DNA of 64,000 nt from positions 1,798,001 to 1,862,000 of the forward strand of contig BQFW01000004.1 in NCBI GenBank assembly GCA_020891255.1, in the 5' to 3' direction. Each line of letters starts with the position of its first letter. The stretch's first letter is position 1. Source of the stretch: Entomortierella parvispora E1425 (Eukaryota > Fungi > Mortierellomycota). Under the pieces are notes generated by a model. That model made no database searches. It was given only the letters and a program-made list of their open reading frames with translations, and was not told the DNA's origin. A program made the position numbers and the translations under genes. This document shows, one piece after another, positions 22,692 through 34,718 of this stretch.

Positions 22692-25600
22692 TCATGAACT
22701 GCTACCACCTCGGATACTATTCATGAACGACTTTCCACCAGAGGATCCAAAAGTCTTTGCGGCTGATACTATCTTGGGCGTGCTCTGGGCCCGTTTAAGC
22801 TTGGCTGGGTCAAATGCTCCATTGTAACGAGATGAGGATGTTGAGGACGATTTCGAAGAAGTGTGTTGAGAGACCAAACTGGGCGATGTTGGAGGCGGAC
22901 CTGCTCCATTGCTCTGGTAAGGTGAATAGGACGAGGTGCTCGAAGCATCTGTAGACGAGGCCGGGGTTGTGTATTCGGAGGAAGGCGGGTGATACTGTTG
23001 ATATTGGTTCTGAGTGCCGCCGTTGACATGGTATCCATTCGCAGAACCATAGTGCGGTTGTCCAGAAGTAGCCACCGCTGCCGCTGCCGCGACACCGTTC
23101 GTGTATACGTACGATCCGCTCGTAATCCGTTGGCCATTCAAACTGGCTGGGTCCTGGATCTGAGTCGGACTCCGTGGTCCCTGATTCGAATAAAGGGGTG
23201 ACCCGTTGGGGCTTTGAGCTTGCACTGGCGCGACTCCTGATCCAAAGAGAGAACCAAAACCGCCGCCACCCTGTAATTGCTGCTGCCGGCTAGCCATTTG
23301 CTGATGGATCAACTCTTGCTGTTGAGTATGAGGCAAGAGACCACCATAGGAATCCAGATCCCCAGGTCCGAGTCCATTGGACTGTGATGAAGGCGCCATC
23401 AACGGGCTCTTCAAAGAGATGGACGCCTGCATCTGCTGCAGCTGCTGCTGCGCCCATTGAAGTGGTGCGATCGTGCTCATGTCCATATCCCGCGATTGGT
23501 AAAAGAGAACATATCCTGATCCAAGCTGTGCAGAGTCACCGAAGTATTTGGGAATATCGCTTTCGTCGATGGACTACAACCATGTCAGAAAAAAAAATCA
23601 AGAGTTAGAAACCAGTTAGAGAAATGGGTTGGCTGCAGATGTTCTTCATCCCAAAGCAGTATCGGATCCCTCACCTCTACGGTTTCGTCATCAAACAGTA
23701 ACCAACGATCGTTATGCTTCACGACGGCAACATAATGTCCATGGTGTGGCCCACTTCCGACATGCACCACAAACGCGTTCAGATCGTAAATCCTGTCTGG
23801 GTCTTCCATGTCATCAACCGTGTTGAATAGTCGCAACTCCATAGGGAACAAGACGCGGTAGGACAGCTTGACGTATTTCTGCAGTGCTTCTTGGTACTTG
23901 AATCTCTTCAAGTGAAGGCATAGAATATTTGGCAAAACTTGAATTTTCATCCTACAAGACAGGAAAAATCAAAAGTGCGCAGTTGTTGTAAGTATCTCAA
24001 TTCCACAGCCATGTTTAGGCCCTCATCCGTACTTCTTTCCTATGCAAACAACAACAGCACAAGTGGTTAATGGAACAAACCTTTTTTCGGCTTCTTGAAG
24101 ACCACAGCACTCATCGCAGTAAAACTTGTCCTTGTGGCAGAGCATCTCTGATGCGGAAAATTGCCTCAAGCAGCTGGTCACAGACGAATTCTGTTCGATA
24201 TCCAACGAAAGATCCATGAAAGATTCCGCTCGGTTGGTCGTCTAGAATGTTCAAAAACATAATTCGTTTTGGCGTTCAGTCGGGGAAAGTTTCTTCTAGA
24301 GCCCTTGCGATGTACAAAGGTCTTTCCTCCCTCCCAACCTTCTCTTTTTACCTTTTCACAAGTCAGGCACTTGATCTCGTTCGTAAGCTGGCCCTCAAAA
24401 AGCTTTTGAACCCACACCTTCTCTTTGGGTTTTGGTATCGTGCTCTCTGATTGAATCGAGGACCGGTCCCCAATCGACTCTGTACCTTGACCATTGCCAT
24501 TTGCGCTTCCACTGGACGAGACAGTGTTGACATCTGCTCCATTCACTTTGATCCTGACTTCATCACCACCAGCCAGCGTCATGGCCACTTCCTCTGATGA
24601 TCCTTTGTGGCCACTCATCCCGCCGTTCAACTGTGCTCCACCATTAACACCGTTGGAGATGATCTTTGGAAGATGTTCCTCGAGTTCTTTCTGGCTCCGC
24701 TTATAGTCCGCTTCAATGTCTTCTGTGATGGTGCCAATGATAAACATTAAGAACTCATGTGCGTCCTGGTGCATCGAACTCCTGAATAGCTCTAAAAACA
24801 AAAAAGAACAATAGGCAACTTATTTCAGTACTGGAGTTCTCTTGCCATATCGCGCACCTCATTTTTTTCCTCGTTTGTTGAAAACCTCCATCAAGCCTCG
24901 TGGTGCAACAGTTATTGTGAAACTACACATCACTTACCATTCTCCTTTTTCACCTTTGCTACAAAGGCAGTGGGCGTAAAGACCTGGGTCTTTCTGGAGT
25001 GGTTTTGAATTCGTTGAAACAGGTCCTGTAAACAAAGAAACATGGATTCCTGTGGAGCTGAATCAGGATCGGGTCCACCGCCATTTGCCAAGAGCACGCC
25101 AACAATGTTCCTTTGTGTTGGACCAGCTCCTGCAGAGACACTGCCGTTGTTATCCCGTTGCAAGTTCTTTCCTGAGGCTGCAGAGAGTGTTCCACTGGGC
25201 GACATTACCGATGACGGTGCACCTCCGGGTGATTGGGATGCGAAATAAGAGGTTGGTGCATTAGGGCCAAAAGACGGCGTCATTGGACTCAGGGGATAGT
25301 GCGAGACCATGGGGCCTGCGCTCCCACTCTGGTAGGCCAAGACGCATTCTCGGAACGGGCGACAATAATAGAGTGCCTGCAGGATCGAATTGCAGTAACT
25401 AGAAGGATCACAGGGGGAGGAGAGGAGGGACAACGCGAGGGTTAGTGTCCACAGATGGTGTCCATTCCATTACCTCCAAACCGCTTTAGGCAAGCAGACG
25501 TTTCTCTTTTTCTTTTTTCCTACCAGGTGTTTCCAAACTAGTGGGAGTGCGTGGAGCAAGTTCATGGAGAAGGACGAGCAATCGGTCGACAAGACAGGGT

Positions 25601-26034
25601 TGAATAGAGAGCATGGATGAGAGCAGATGCGCGTAAGTGAAAGAACAGACGCGGCATTTTTGTGTCTTGCAACGCGGTGTCTGAGAAGAGAAGCAATTGA
25701 GCAGCCTTGTTGTTCTGTCCAGTCTTGTCCTGGTTTGCATTTTTTTTGTCAGCTCTGTTCTGGTTTGTATCCATGATCGACGTCCTTGCTCAAGCACCCT
25801 CCCGAGGTCGTCCTGTAGTGCCGATGAAAAAGTTCTCCTGGCCACTGCCTAACCGCCTGTGTTCTGACGTTCTTTCATTGTTCTCTCTCCCACGTTTCCA
25901 GGTGCTGAGCTTCAAAATGTAATAAACTCGACTGTTCGACAGCCTGGACACAAAGTCCACGCATGCGCCTCTGGACGACTTACATTCTCAAGACCAATCG
26001 GGACATCATTCATCATCGGCTTCTCTGGTTGGGT
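22692..26034 (-). CDS. Ubiquitin C-terminal hydrolase, USP12/USP46 (CreB/Ubp9-13) type, with a long Q/S-rich C-terminal tail; 5' end uncertain
   Basis: The Cys box is assembled as PIGLEN | FGNTC | [11 protein letters not shown] across exons 26034-25984, 25537-25524 and 25418 onward. Also [40 protein letters not shown] and the His box [14 protein letters not shown]. Confidence 0.93.
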
Positions 26035-27086
26035 CTACAAACAAAAGGCGAAAGACGCATTAGTCTCTCTATCCTTCTTTTTTTTCCCTTTGTCCTCCCG
26101 CTGGTTCTTCCATGCTCAGAGTCGCATTGCATTAAAAGAAAGCCGGGGGGGAAAGAATGGCAGCGGATGAGAGTCGATAGAGCCGACAGCTCGGTCGACA
26201 CTAAAAGTCAGGCAGAATAGACGGATAGTCAAACAGAAAAACAAGGCCCTTTCTTGTTTTCGCTTTGGTCCTGCTCAAAACTGTCAACGACAACCGTTTG
26301 AAAGGGGCGAGGTGTTGGTTCAAGGTCCTGACATTGTTGCAATAGGCTGGTCTGCACAGCATAAACAGTCTGCCTTCCATTGAGAAGCACTGTCGGGTCA
26401 GAGAGGAAAGAGAATGAGGGAATGTAAAGAAGCTGGGAGAAGACATACTACGCCCATCCATTTGAGTAGAGCCATGCTTGCAAGTGAGGACAAGGACCGG
26501 CTGCAGAGGTCAGGTCAGACAGAGATGCAACCCACGAAAGGTTGGGGAGGTCAGGCGAAAAGAGTGGGGTCAAAGTGGCAAGGGAATACGGACTTTGGGT
26601 TGAAGGAAGAAGGAAGAAGGCAGAAGGAGTTCAAGAAAGGGAGAGAAGAAGAAGGCAGGAAAGCAATGCAAACGACAGAGTGAGTGGAGAAAGGAAACGA
26701 CAGAAGAGGTGAGAGACCAGAAGTGAGGAAAAGGAAAGGAACACTCTTTTTTCATTTCCCACCTTTGCACTCGTGGAGAAGGCAGAACCGTCCCGTCTCG
26801 CTGGTCCTGTTCTCCCCGCCTCGAATGGAAGCCCCGTTCAATTATAGATCGGTTTCATTGGCTATGTTCTCTAATTGCACAGTCGACGAGAGCTCCCTTT
26901 TCGCTCTTTTTTCCCCTTCAAAAGAAACGGCACCCCCACAGGAATGTTGTCGTGTTGTCTTGCTGTCTTTCGTGACAATCCCTCGAGGGCAGAGGTTAGG
27001 GGCAAGGTCAATAACCAGGTCTGGCCGGTACTGAGATTCTATCTGCTTGCCCTGTTCCGTTCTTTTCTGTGGTGCGGTGAGGTTAA

Positions 27087-27090
<4 letters not shown>

Positions 27091-27122
<32 letters not shown>
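27091..27122. repeat. (GT)16 microsatellite
   Basis: Directly visible. Confidence 0.97.
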
Positions 27123-27126
<4 letters not shown>

Positions 27127-27288
27127 CTGTTTTGCACACACACTCGCTCGTTGTATCCCGACAGGGGTCATTGACCAGTCCTCAATCGATCGTCTTTGTT
27201 CAGCCTCCTTTACTCTTCTTGACAATCATAGTAAAGGTTTCCGTTTAGTTGCTGAGGAAAGAATAAAAGATAAAGAAATTACTGTAGA

Positions 27289-29444
27289 CTACATAATCGT
27301 ACACTTCTCGCTGCCCTTGTCGCCCTTCTTCGCATCTACAGGGACACCTTCCAGACGCTCCGTTGCCCGCTTGTCACCTGCCAACGAAGCCTTCTTGTAC
27401 CACTCGATGGCCTGCTCCATGTCCTTGCGTGGACCAATGCCAACCTCCGTGAAGTAGCCCATTGCGTAAAGGGCTTTAGGCAAGTCCTTGTCCGCCGCTC
27501 TCTTGGCCCAGATGTAGGCCTCTGCGTCGGATTGAGGGAGGATTCCCTGTGATCCAACCAAGTACCACGCCGCCAATGCGAAACACGCCTCTGGATGCTC
27601 CTGCTGTGCCGCCAATGTGTAATAATGAATTGACAGTCGTGGGTCCTGTTTGCATCCCAACTTGCCATATTCCCAACACTCGCCCAACCGGAACGCAGAG
27701 GCAGCATGGCCGAGCTCTGCTGCCTGTGAATAGAGAGAGACTGAATACTCTGGGTCCACAAAGACAATATTTTCAATTCCACGCTCATGCAATTGAGCCA
27801 GCTCATAAAGCGCAAAAGGGAACTCTGGTGTCGCTGCTTGAGAGGATCGCTTGAGCCACTTGACTCCGTCGCGAGGCGAGATCACGACACCGAGCTCTCC
27901 GTACAAAGTGACCACGCCCAATCTCCACATTGCTCCAGGATGATTTGCAGAGGCAGCTTTCCTAATAGGCGGAGGTGGGAAGAGGCAGGTCAGTCAGCTG
28001 TGTTGAAACAACGATAAACGTGGCAAGAGAGCAAGTCTCTTTGTCGTTTGTTGTTTTGTCCCTTTTGAGGCTGTCCTGGATTGGTGTGCCCAAGAGAGCA
28101 TCCTCCCTGTTGTTTGTCGGTATATTTTTTTCATCTGCGCGTGTCGAAGTCAACGTTCAGGGAACGTGGCAGGACCGCGTTTGTCCTACACACAACAAAT
28201 GGGTCTCATTTCTTTCTTTTTGGCGAAGTGATGGGCCAATTCTCAAAAGAAGCTCCTTCTGATATGTTCTGTCTGTCACTCTGCTCCATCTGTCTGTCTG
28301 TCTGATCAGATCGATCCATCGGATCAGACGGGGGATACGTCAGTCGACTGATCGGCCATCGGTCATCAGTCTTCTTCAGCCCGATCTGACCTTCTCCTGT
28401 CCTCCTGTCTCCTAGCCAGCTGTGTTGCCCTGTCCCCCTGCCCTGTCCTGTCCTGCCCTGTCCTGCCCTGCCCTGTCCTGTCTTCGCCCTGGGCCCCCTT
28501 TTCTCCTGAGGGTTGACCCAATCATTCGGGTGTGGTAAACAGGTCAACGCCAGATATAACACACACACTCCTGAGACGATAGATGGCCAAGGGTCTTTTT
28601 TTCTCCGTGTTGGCTGCAGCTGAATCGGAACGGAGAGAGAGATGAGAGATGAGAGATGAAGCATGTACCTGTAGAACTGGACCGCCCTGGCATTATCCTT
28701 GCGAGTTCCCAAACCCTCGTCATAACACCGTCCGGTTCGGTATGCAGCATCGGGATGTCCATGTTTTGAGGCCTGGACCCAAAGGGGGAAGGCCTTGTCA
28801 AAGTCAGGCTTGCCTTTTGCAAACCCAGACGCGAAACATTCTGCCAGGTAGTGCTGTGATTCCGCATGGCCGTTCGTGGCGAGCTTGCGCAGAAGCTTCA
28901 TGGCCTCGTCAAAGAGTTCTGCCCGTGTCTGAGGATCCTCCAGAGGTTTACCCGCGTCAATCATGAAGGCCGCAAACTCGAATTGAAGTTCTGGGTCGTT
29001 GGTCTTTTTGGCATTCTGGCGATAAAGCTCCAGTGTCTGGGTATAGGAAAGTAGCGTGGCCTTATGGCCGGGCTTGAGATGGGAATGAGACAGGACAGAT
29101 TGGTCTTGACCATCCGCTTGCTGTTGCTGGTACATCAGCTCCTGTTCATACTGCTGCTGTTGGTGCTGTTGGAAGAGCTGCTGCTCATACAGGTACTGCT
29201 GCTGTTGGTGCTCCTGCATCTGCATGAACTGCTGCTCGTCCATCTCATGAGGCGACATCATCTCTACTGGGGCCTGGGGCAGGTCCTCCTGGTATGAAAA
29301 GGAGCCGTCCTGTGGCGGACTGTCGCTATGGTCGTAGGAATTCTGGTGATGCTGATCTGGTGAAATGACAGTAGGGTCCTGGTCATGGGGATGAGAATGG
29401 GGCATTGATCCGTTCTGGATCGTTGGAGAGACACTTGCGGCCAT
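27289..29444 (-). CDS. CHS4: SEL1-repeat chitin synthase activator (Chs4/Skt5 family); 2 exons 29444-28669 and 27961-27289
   Basis: Q-rich N-terminus, TLELYRQNAKKTNDPELQFEFA and repeated SEL1 units (AxxGHxxAxYxxGxCYxxGxG). C-terminal CaaX box KCTIM. Confidence 0.88.
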
Positions 29445-30210
29445 GGGAGGACTGTGCGGCGGAAGGGACGGCAAGAGAGGGATTGACTGTACGACCTGAC
29501 TGTGCGACTGCAATGGGTCTGTTGTTGTTGTGTTGTTGTCGGTTGTCTGCTGTGCCTGTTTGGTACTGGCGGTGTCGAAGGGGAGAAAGAGAGCGAATGT
29601 CCTTGGTTGTTGCTGATGCCTGTCTTTTGGAACTAAGCAGGAAAGAAAGAGGGGGAAAGGGACCAGCGGTGTGGGTGGAGGAACAAGATGTCGAAGATAA
29701 TGGGCGGTTGCTGCAGTGCAGAGGAGACAGAGAGAGAGACGGAGGAAGGGAACAAGAAAAAGAAGCGGAAAATGGAACGAGAGGAAGCGCAAAAGAGTTT
29801 GGGAGATGAAAAATAGAGATAGGATACATTTGGGACAGATACATCATAATTGCTGTTGTACACCCACCCAACAACTCGCTCGCTCACTCTTCCATTCCGT
29901 CTCTCCTTTCCTTCTCCTCATCCTGCTCATCCTTCTCCAGGTCCCTGCATACTGTATGTTCGCAATCTCTTGCCAGCTCCTGACGTCCAGGGGGCCAGGA
30001 CTCGAGGGAAACGGGGGCACGTCTGGTTCGAGTCCGCCGTCACCCGCCAATGACAACGTGCTCTCTATACATGCTTGAGACCCCGCCGTACTCAGAACGA
30101 ACCGGGCACCGAGATCCGGACGAGCTTCATTATGTCTGATCTGTCTGTTTGCTTGGCCCCGTGAAGGTTGCTCTCTGTTGACATTGTGCAAACACCAGGC
30201 AAACTGCTCT

Positions 30211-30235
30211 AAAAAAAAAAAAAAAAAAAAAAAAA
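30211..30235. repeat. Poly(A)25 tract (similar tracts at 4997-5017 and 37417-37438)
   Basis: Directly visible homopolymer. Confidence 0.9.
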
Positions 30236-30426
30236 GATCTCTGGATGGAAGAGTTCGTTCCGCGGGTTCTTTGCGCGGTGGTACGAGGATAATTCATCAC
30301 TGGAATGCAGCAATTGCTTTTCTTTTCTAGCATTCTCCGTTGCTTACGATGTTTTGAACAAGAGTGTCGATCGCTGGGCTGGTGTGTGCCCCTTTCACTT
30401 TTTTTATTGAGCGATGGCGATGCTGC

Positions 30427-31965
30427 TTACGCAGCGGACTTGAATGGCGGGCGAGATCCAAAGATGGTGCTGCCAACACGGATATTGGTCGATCCTTGGA
30501 TGAGCGCCTGTTGGAAATCGTCACTCATTCCCTACAAAAGCGTCAAGTTCAATTGCTTAGCAAATGTAGAAACTGAAAATGAAAGCAAACCAAACTCCAT
30601 TATGATGACATATAGACTTTGTCACTTACCATGCTCAATTCCAAACCGTTCAATTTCAGAGATTCCTCGACATCAGATCGGCATTCATTCAAAATCTGTG
30701 GTTTTGGCATGCAACGCATGTTAGGGTCGTTCAGCAACTTTGACACATACCAGCAGAGTGCCCGCTCTTACCTTGAAATCAGGGTTCTCTCCGTTCTCTA
30801 GTGCTGGGTTGGGAGAACCAATGGTCATAAAGCCTGCAAGCTTCAAATGTGGACATGTCGATACCACATGCCGAGCGACCTCCAGGACATCGTTGGGAAG
30901 CATTCCACTCTTGGCTAGATCGGCAATAACAAAGAATAAATGCCAGATCACTTTGCTTTAGTGCGTTGTCGACACAAGAAAACACATGAAGACGCGCCGT
31001 TGACTTTTTTCCATACTTTCTTCTCCACTCGTATTCACTTGTAAAAAGATGCGAAGAGGCTCAGGTCTGGATGCTGAAGTACAAGCTTTATCCAGAGTTG
31101 ACGCTTTCTTGCTGCTGTCCACCGTCTCCACAACATAGAGATTGGGAATGGCTATCGTAACGTTGGGGAGTTTAGTTGGTTTACCTGCCAACCAGTTCAG
31201 AAAATCAAGAATGTTGATCTACAGATTATTTACCAGCGACGATTTTGCACTTGTTGGACTGTAATGAGCCAATGAAGTGCCATTGGATATCGCTTGGCAG
31301 CTATGAAGATCCATACCCCTCTCTAACATCAGTCGTCGGATGCCAAAAATACTATTGACGCGATACATGGAACTGACTGGGCGAAACTCACCTGCTTGCT
31401 CTTTTCTTCAAGTTCTTGCACCTATTGAAGGAGGATGTGATCCATTCATTGGTCAGCGATTCACTGTGCAACCTGAAGCAATTGCAATCGCATTTTTTTT
31501 CCAAGTTAGATCAATTGCGATCTCTTACATAGTTCTCTCCGAAATTACGGTGCCCTGCCTTCTCGTAGGTTGCCAAGATATCCGAGGCAGGCTTCAGCTT
31601 ACTGACCGCCACCAATCGCGCCTTCAGTGAACGATGAAAGAGGAGCGCAAATATCACCGGTCAGATTTACGTTTCGCTGAAGAGACTGTTTCCAATTGTG
31701 AAAAGGTGCGCCTGTGTTACCACAGTGCAACAATACCCACCTGCTGGGCCGCGGCTCCTTTGCTGTGGAGGACTGTTTCCATCTTGGACCGCACTCCCGA
31801 CAAGTTCTCGGTAAGCTCTTGGGCACGTTCCGCAGTATAAGACAATGTCATTTTGGCGATCTTGGAGGTGATGGAATGCGAGGGAATGATTCGACAGGAA
31901 GCAGTAGATGAGGCTGATAAGAGTGTTGTCGTTGGCTTGAGCAGCGACAGAAGGCGAATAGACAT
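30427..31965 (-). CDS. PLPBP: Pyridoxal-phosphate homeostasis protein (PLPBP/PROSC/YggS), multi-exon
   Basis: ARLVAVSKLKP (PLP lysine), GHRNFGENY|VQEL, WHFIGSLQSNKCK, QVNTSGEESK, AGFMTIG and MGMSDDFQQALIQGSTNIRVGSTIFGSR. Confidence 0.95.
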
Positions 31966-32950
31966 GGGACTCTAGAGAGATTAGGAGAGCATCGACAATT
32001 GTCTTTCTTGCTTCTCCACATGCCAACGGCCGATGTCAAGAGAAAAAAAAAAGAAAAAAAGGTCACGTGCAGATCGCGACTTTTTTTTTTTCCCCGCCTC
32101 AACCGCACAAAGACGCGTCCCTTATCCATTTCTAAAGGAGTCGGCTGGGACAACAGTTGCAGTGCACTTGACATGGTGCAGAACAAGAAAGCAGCTTTTT
32201 GACCCGAATGAACGTGGGTCCTTTGCAAACCCGGGGGGCGTCCACTCCGTAACCAGCAAGCGACGCCCTCGCGCAAATAGTGGTCAAGAGACTTTTTACG
32301 TCTTGAATGATATGTACCTAAAAAAAAGGTGAGCTTGTGTTTTTCCTTGTTTTCCAGAATCTATGCAGTCTTCGAATTATGAGGGCTAGTGGAGGGAGAT
32401 ATTTGTAGAAGACCAAAAAAAAAGATGAGCATACCGGATACTGTGGAGATTCTTACAGCATCAAAGCTGTCGTCATGAAGCATGAAGGCTCTTCCCCTTC
32501 TATCTATTATCGGCCATTTTTCACGAGACAGAGAGTCAGAGCGAATGGCGGTAAAATAATTCCAGGGTCCCCAAGCGATAGCGGTTGGCCCTTTTGTCTC
32601 CTCAATATATAAGTACGCTTTTGCCTGTTGCTTGAATGCGACAAAGCACAGAACGGGGTTGTAATTGTGGAGGGTTGACGCTTTCTGAAAAATGATCCAG
32701 CAATATGGATAATATCCAATGCATTACAAGATGCAATTGTGCAGTCAGGGTCTAGTGTGCCTGCATTGATGAAAAAGGGGCAATGGGCTTTTTCTTCAAA
32801 TGAGTCCAGAACACGCCGTACATCTAGGATGTAGTCTAAAGTGCATCAAACATGGGATGACTAAGAGACCCGCTAGTTCCTTCTTACCTGTTTGCTCAGT
32901 TGCGGCGAACAAGCGGAGCTTTGTCAGTTTTTTGATCCTTTGGTTCTTTG

Positions 32951-32974
32951 TCTGTCTGTCTGTCTGTCTGTCTG
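32951..32974. repeat. (TCTG)6 microsatellite
   Basis: Directly visible. Confidence 0.92.
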
Positions 32975-34718
32975 TCCATTCATTTTGGATCAATGAATTT
33001 TTTAATCTTTTTTATTGTTGACTCCGAAACGAGATTCCCCCTCGCCAACAGAGCATCCAAAGCGACCAGGCTTCAGAGCAGATCAGCTATGTTCTTTTTT
33101 GCTTGATTTTCTTTTTGGTGCTCCTCTCTTGTTCCTTCGGCATTTGAATAAGCACCCCATGGGCGACCAGAAACTCTTTTTTATTTTTGTACATGAGCAG
33201 CAAACTCTCGAAAAAGAAAAGGCAATTGAAGCCTCCTTCTTCTTTGGTCTTAGGTCTCGAGATAGGATAATGATGTGCACACCCAAAAAAAAATCAACAA
33301 CAAAAAAGCTCAACGTAGACTAAAGACGAATAACGACCAGCACGGAAAAACAAAGGTCAGTTAGAGAAGCGAAGCGGGAATTCGGCCCATGGGACAGAGG
33401 GAGAGAGAAAGAAAAAGAGAAAGGACGGGAGCGCCATGTTCCTTAAATGTCGTGTTTGAAACTGAGAGGTGGGGATGGTGCAGGGTCAGAAACATGAAAA
33501 CAAGACATTGCTTGCAGGAAGAAAAAAAAAACATCGGATCCGCCCAATGGCCCAAGATTACACTTCGGGACGCGACCTTTGTTTGTTGCTCTGACACCAG
33601 AAGTACACACGGACTCAGAGCGTCTTCAAAAAAAACTCTTCCTTTCGCCCCTTTGGAGGTACATGTACCCGCGCAGGTATGTATCACTGATAGAGGAGAA
33701 TGGGTAGATTCACAGCCAAAAAGGAGACTCTGCTAAAAACAGGCAGGGACTTTCGCCGAACTGAACAACAGCAGAGCACGCTTGCGGTTCAATGGCTACC
33801 AGTAGCCAATGCACAGAGGGGAAAATAAGAATGGAGGGCCGACGACCTTTGACCCAACCTTGAACAATAATCTTGTTATGACCAACCGACTCAACGGCCA
33901 ACCGCAAAGCCCGCATCTTGTGCCCAGTCCCACGCTACTCATTATTTGACGGTTGCAGAGTTTCAAATCACCTTAATCTCAACACCTCAACATCTCAAGG
34001 GAGAAAGCAGATTGGGGAGAGAGCTGGTAAACAGGTACACCACAATACCGCACCGCCGCCGCTTCTGCCGAGTCTGGTTGATGGCCCATGGACCCGACCC
34101 TGGGTACTGATCCTCGGGGAATGCGGAGGGTAGAGTGTAGCCCTTCTTTCTCTCTTTCTTGATTACAACTCTTCCCCACCTTTATCAGCATCGCTACTCC
34201 TACCCCCACTGTGCAATCCCATATCATTGACATCATCACCAAAAGCTCTTTACCTCCCTTCACCTGCCTCGCACTCTCTCAGATTCACCCATTCATTCAT
34301 TCAGCCATTCAGCCATTCACTTTCTCTGATCAAGCAGCCGCTCATTCACCCCAAAACTGAAAAAATTATTCTTCTCGCATCGATTCTCAGTCACCTCCTC
34401 CTGCCCTTCCCCTGCAAACTCACTCCTGTGACAACAACAAAAGCAACAGCAACGACAACAGTAACCCCAACAGCTCGTGCCGACACTCTTTTTCATTTTC
34501 TGCTTCCGACCTCATATTTCACCTTCCCTTGGTCTCATTCCGCCCAGACCACCCACCCTCTTTTCGTCATCCCGTCTCTGGTGAATTTTGTGTGACACGG
34601 GCCATTCAGGAACAGACCGACCAAAAGACAACACACGAGTTCCCGTAACCGGAAGGACACACCGAACCAACCCCAGATCCATCTTCATCCACCCTTCTTT
34701 ACAACAATCTCCGACAAC

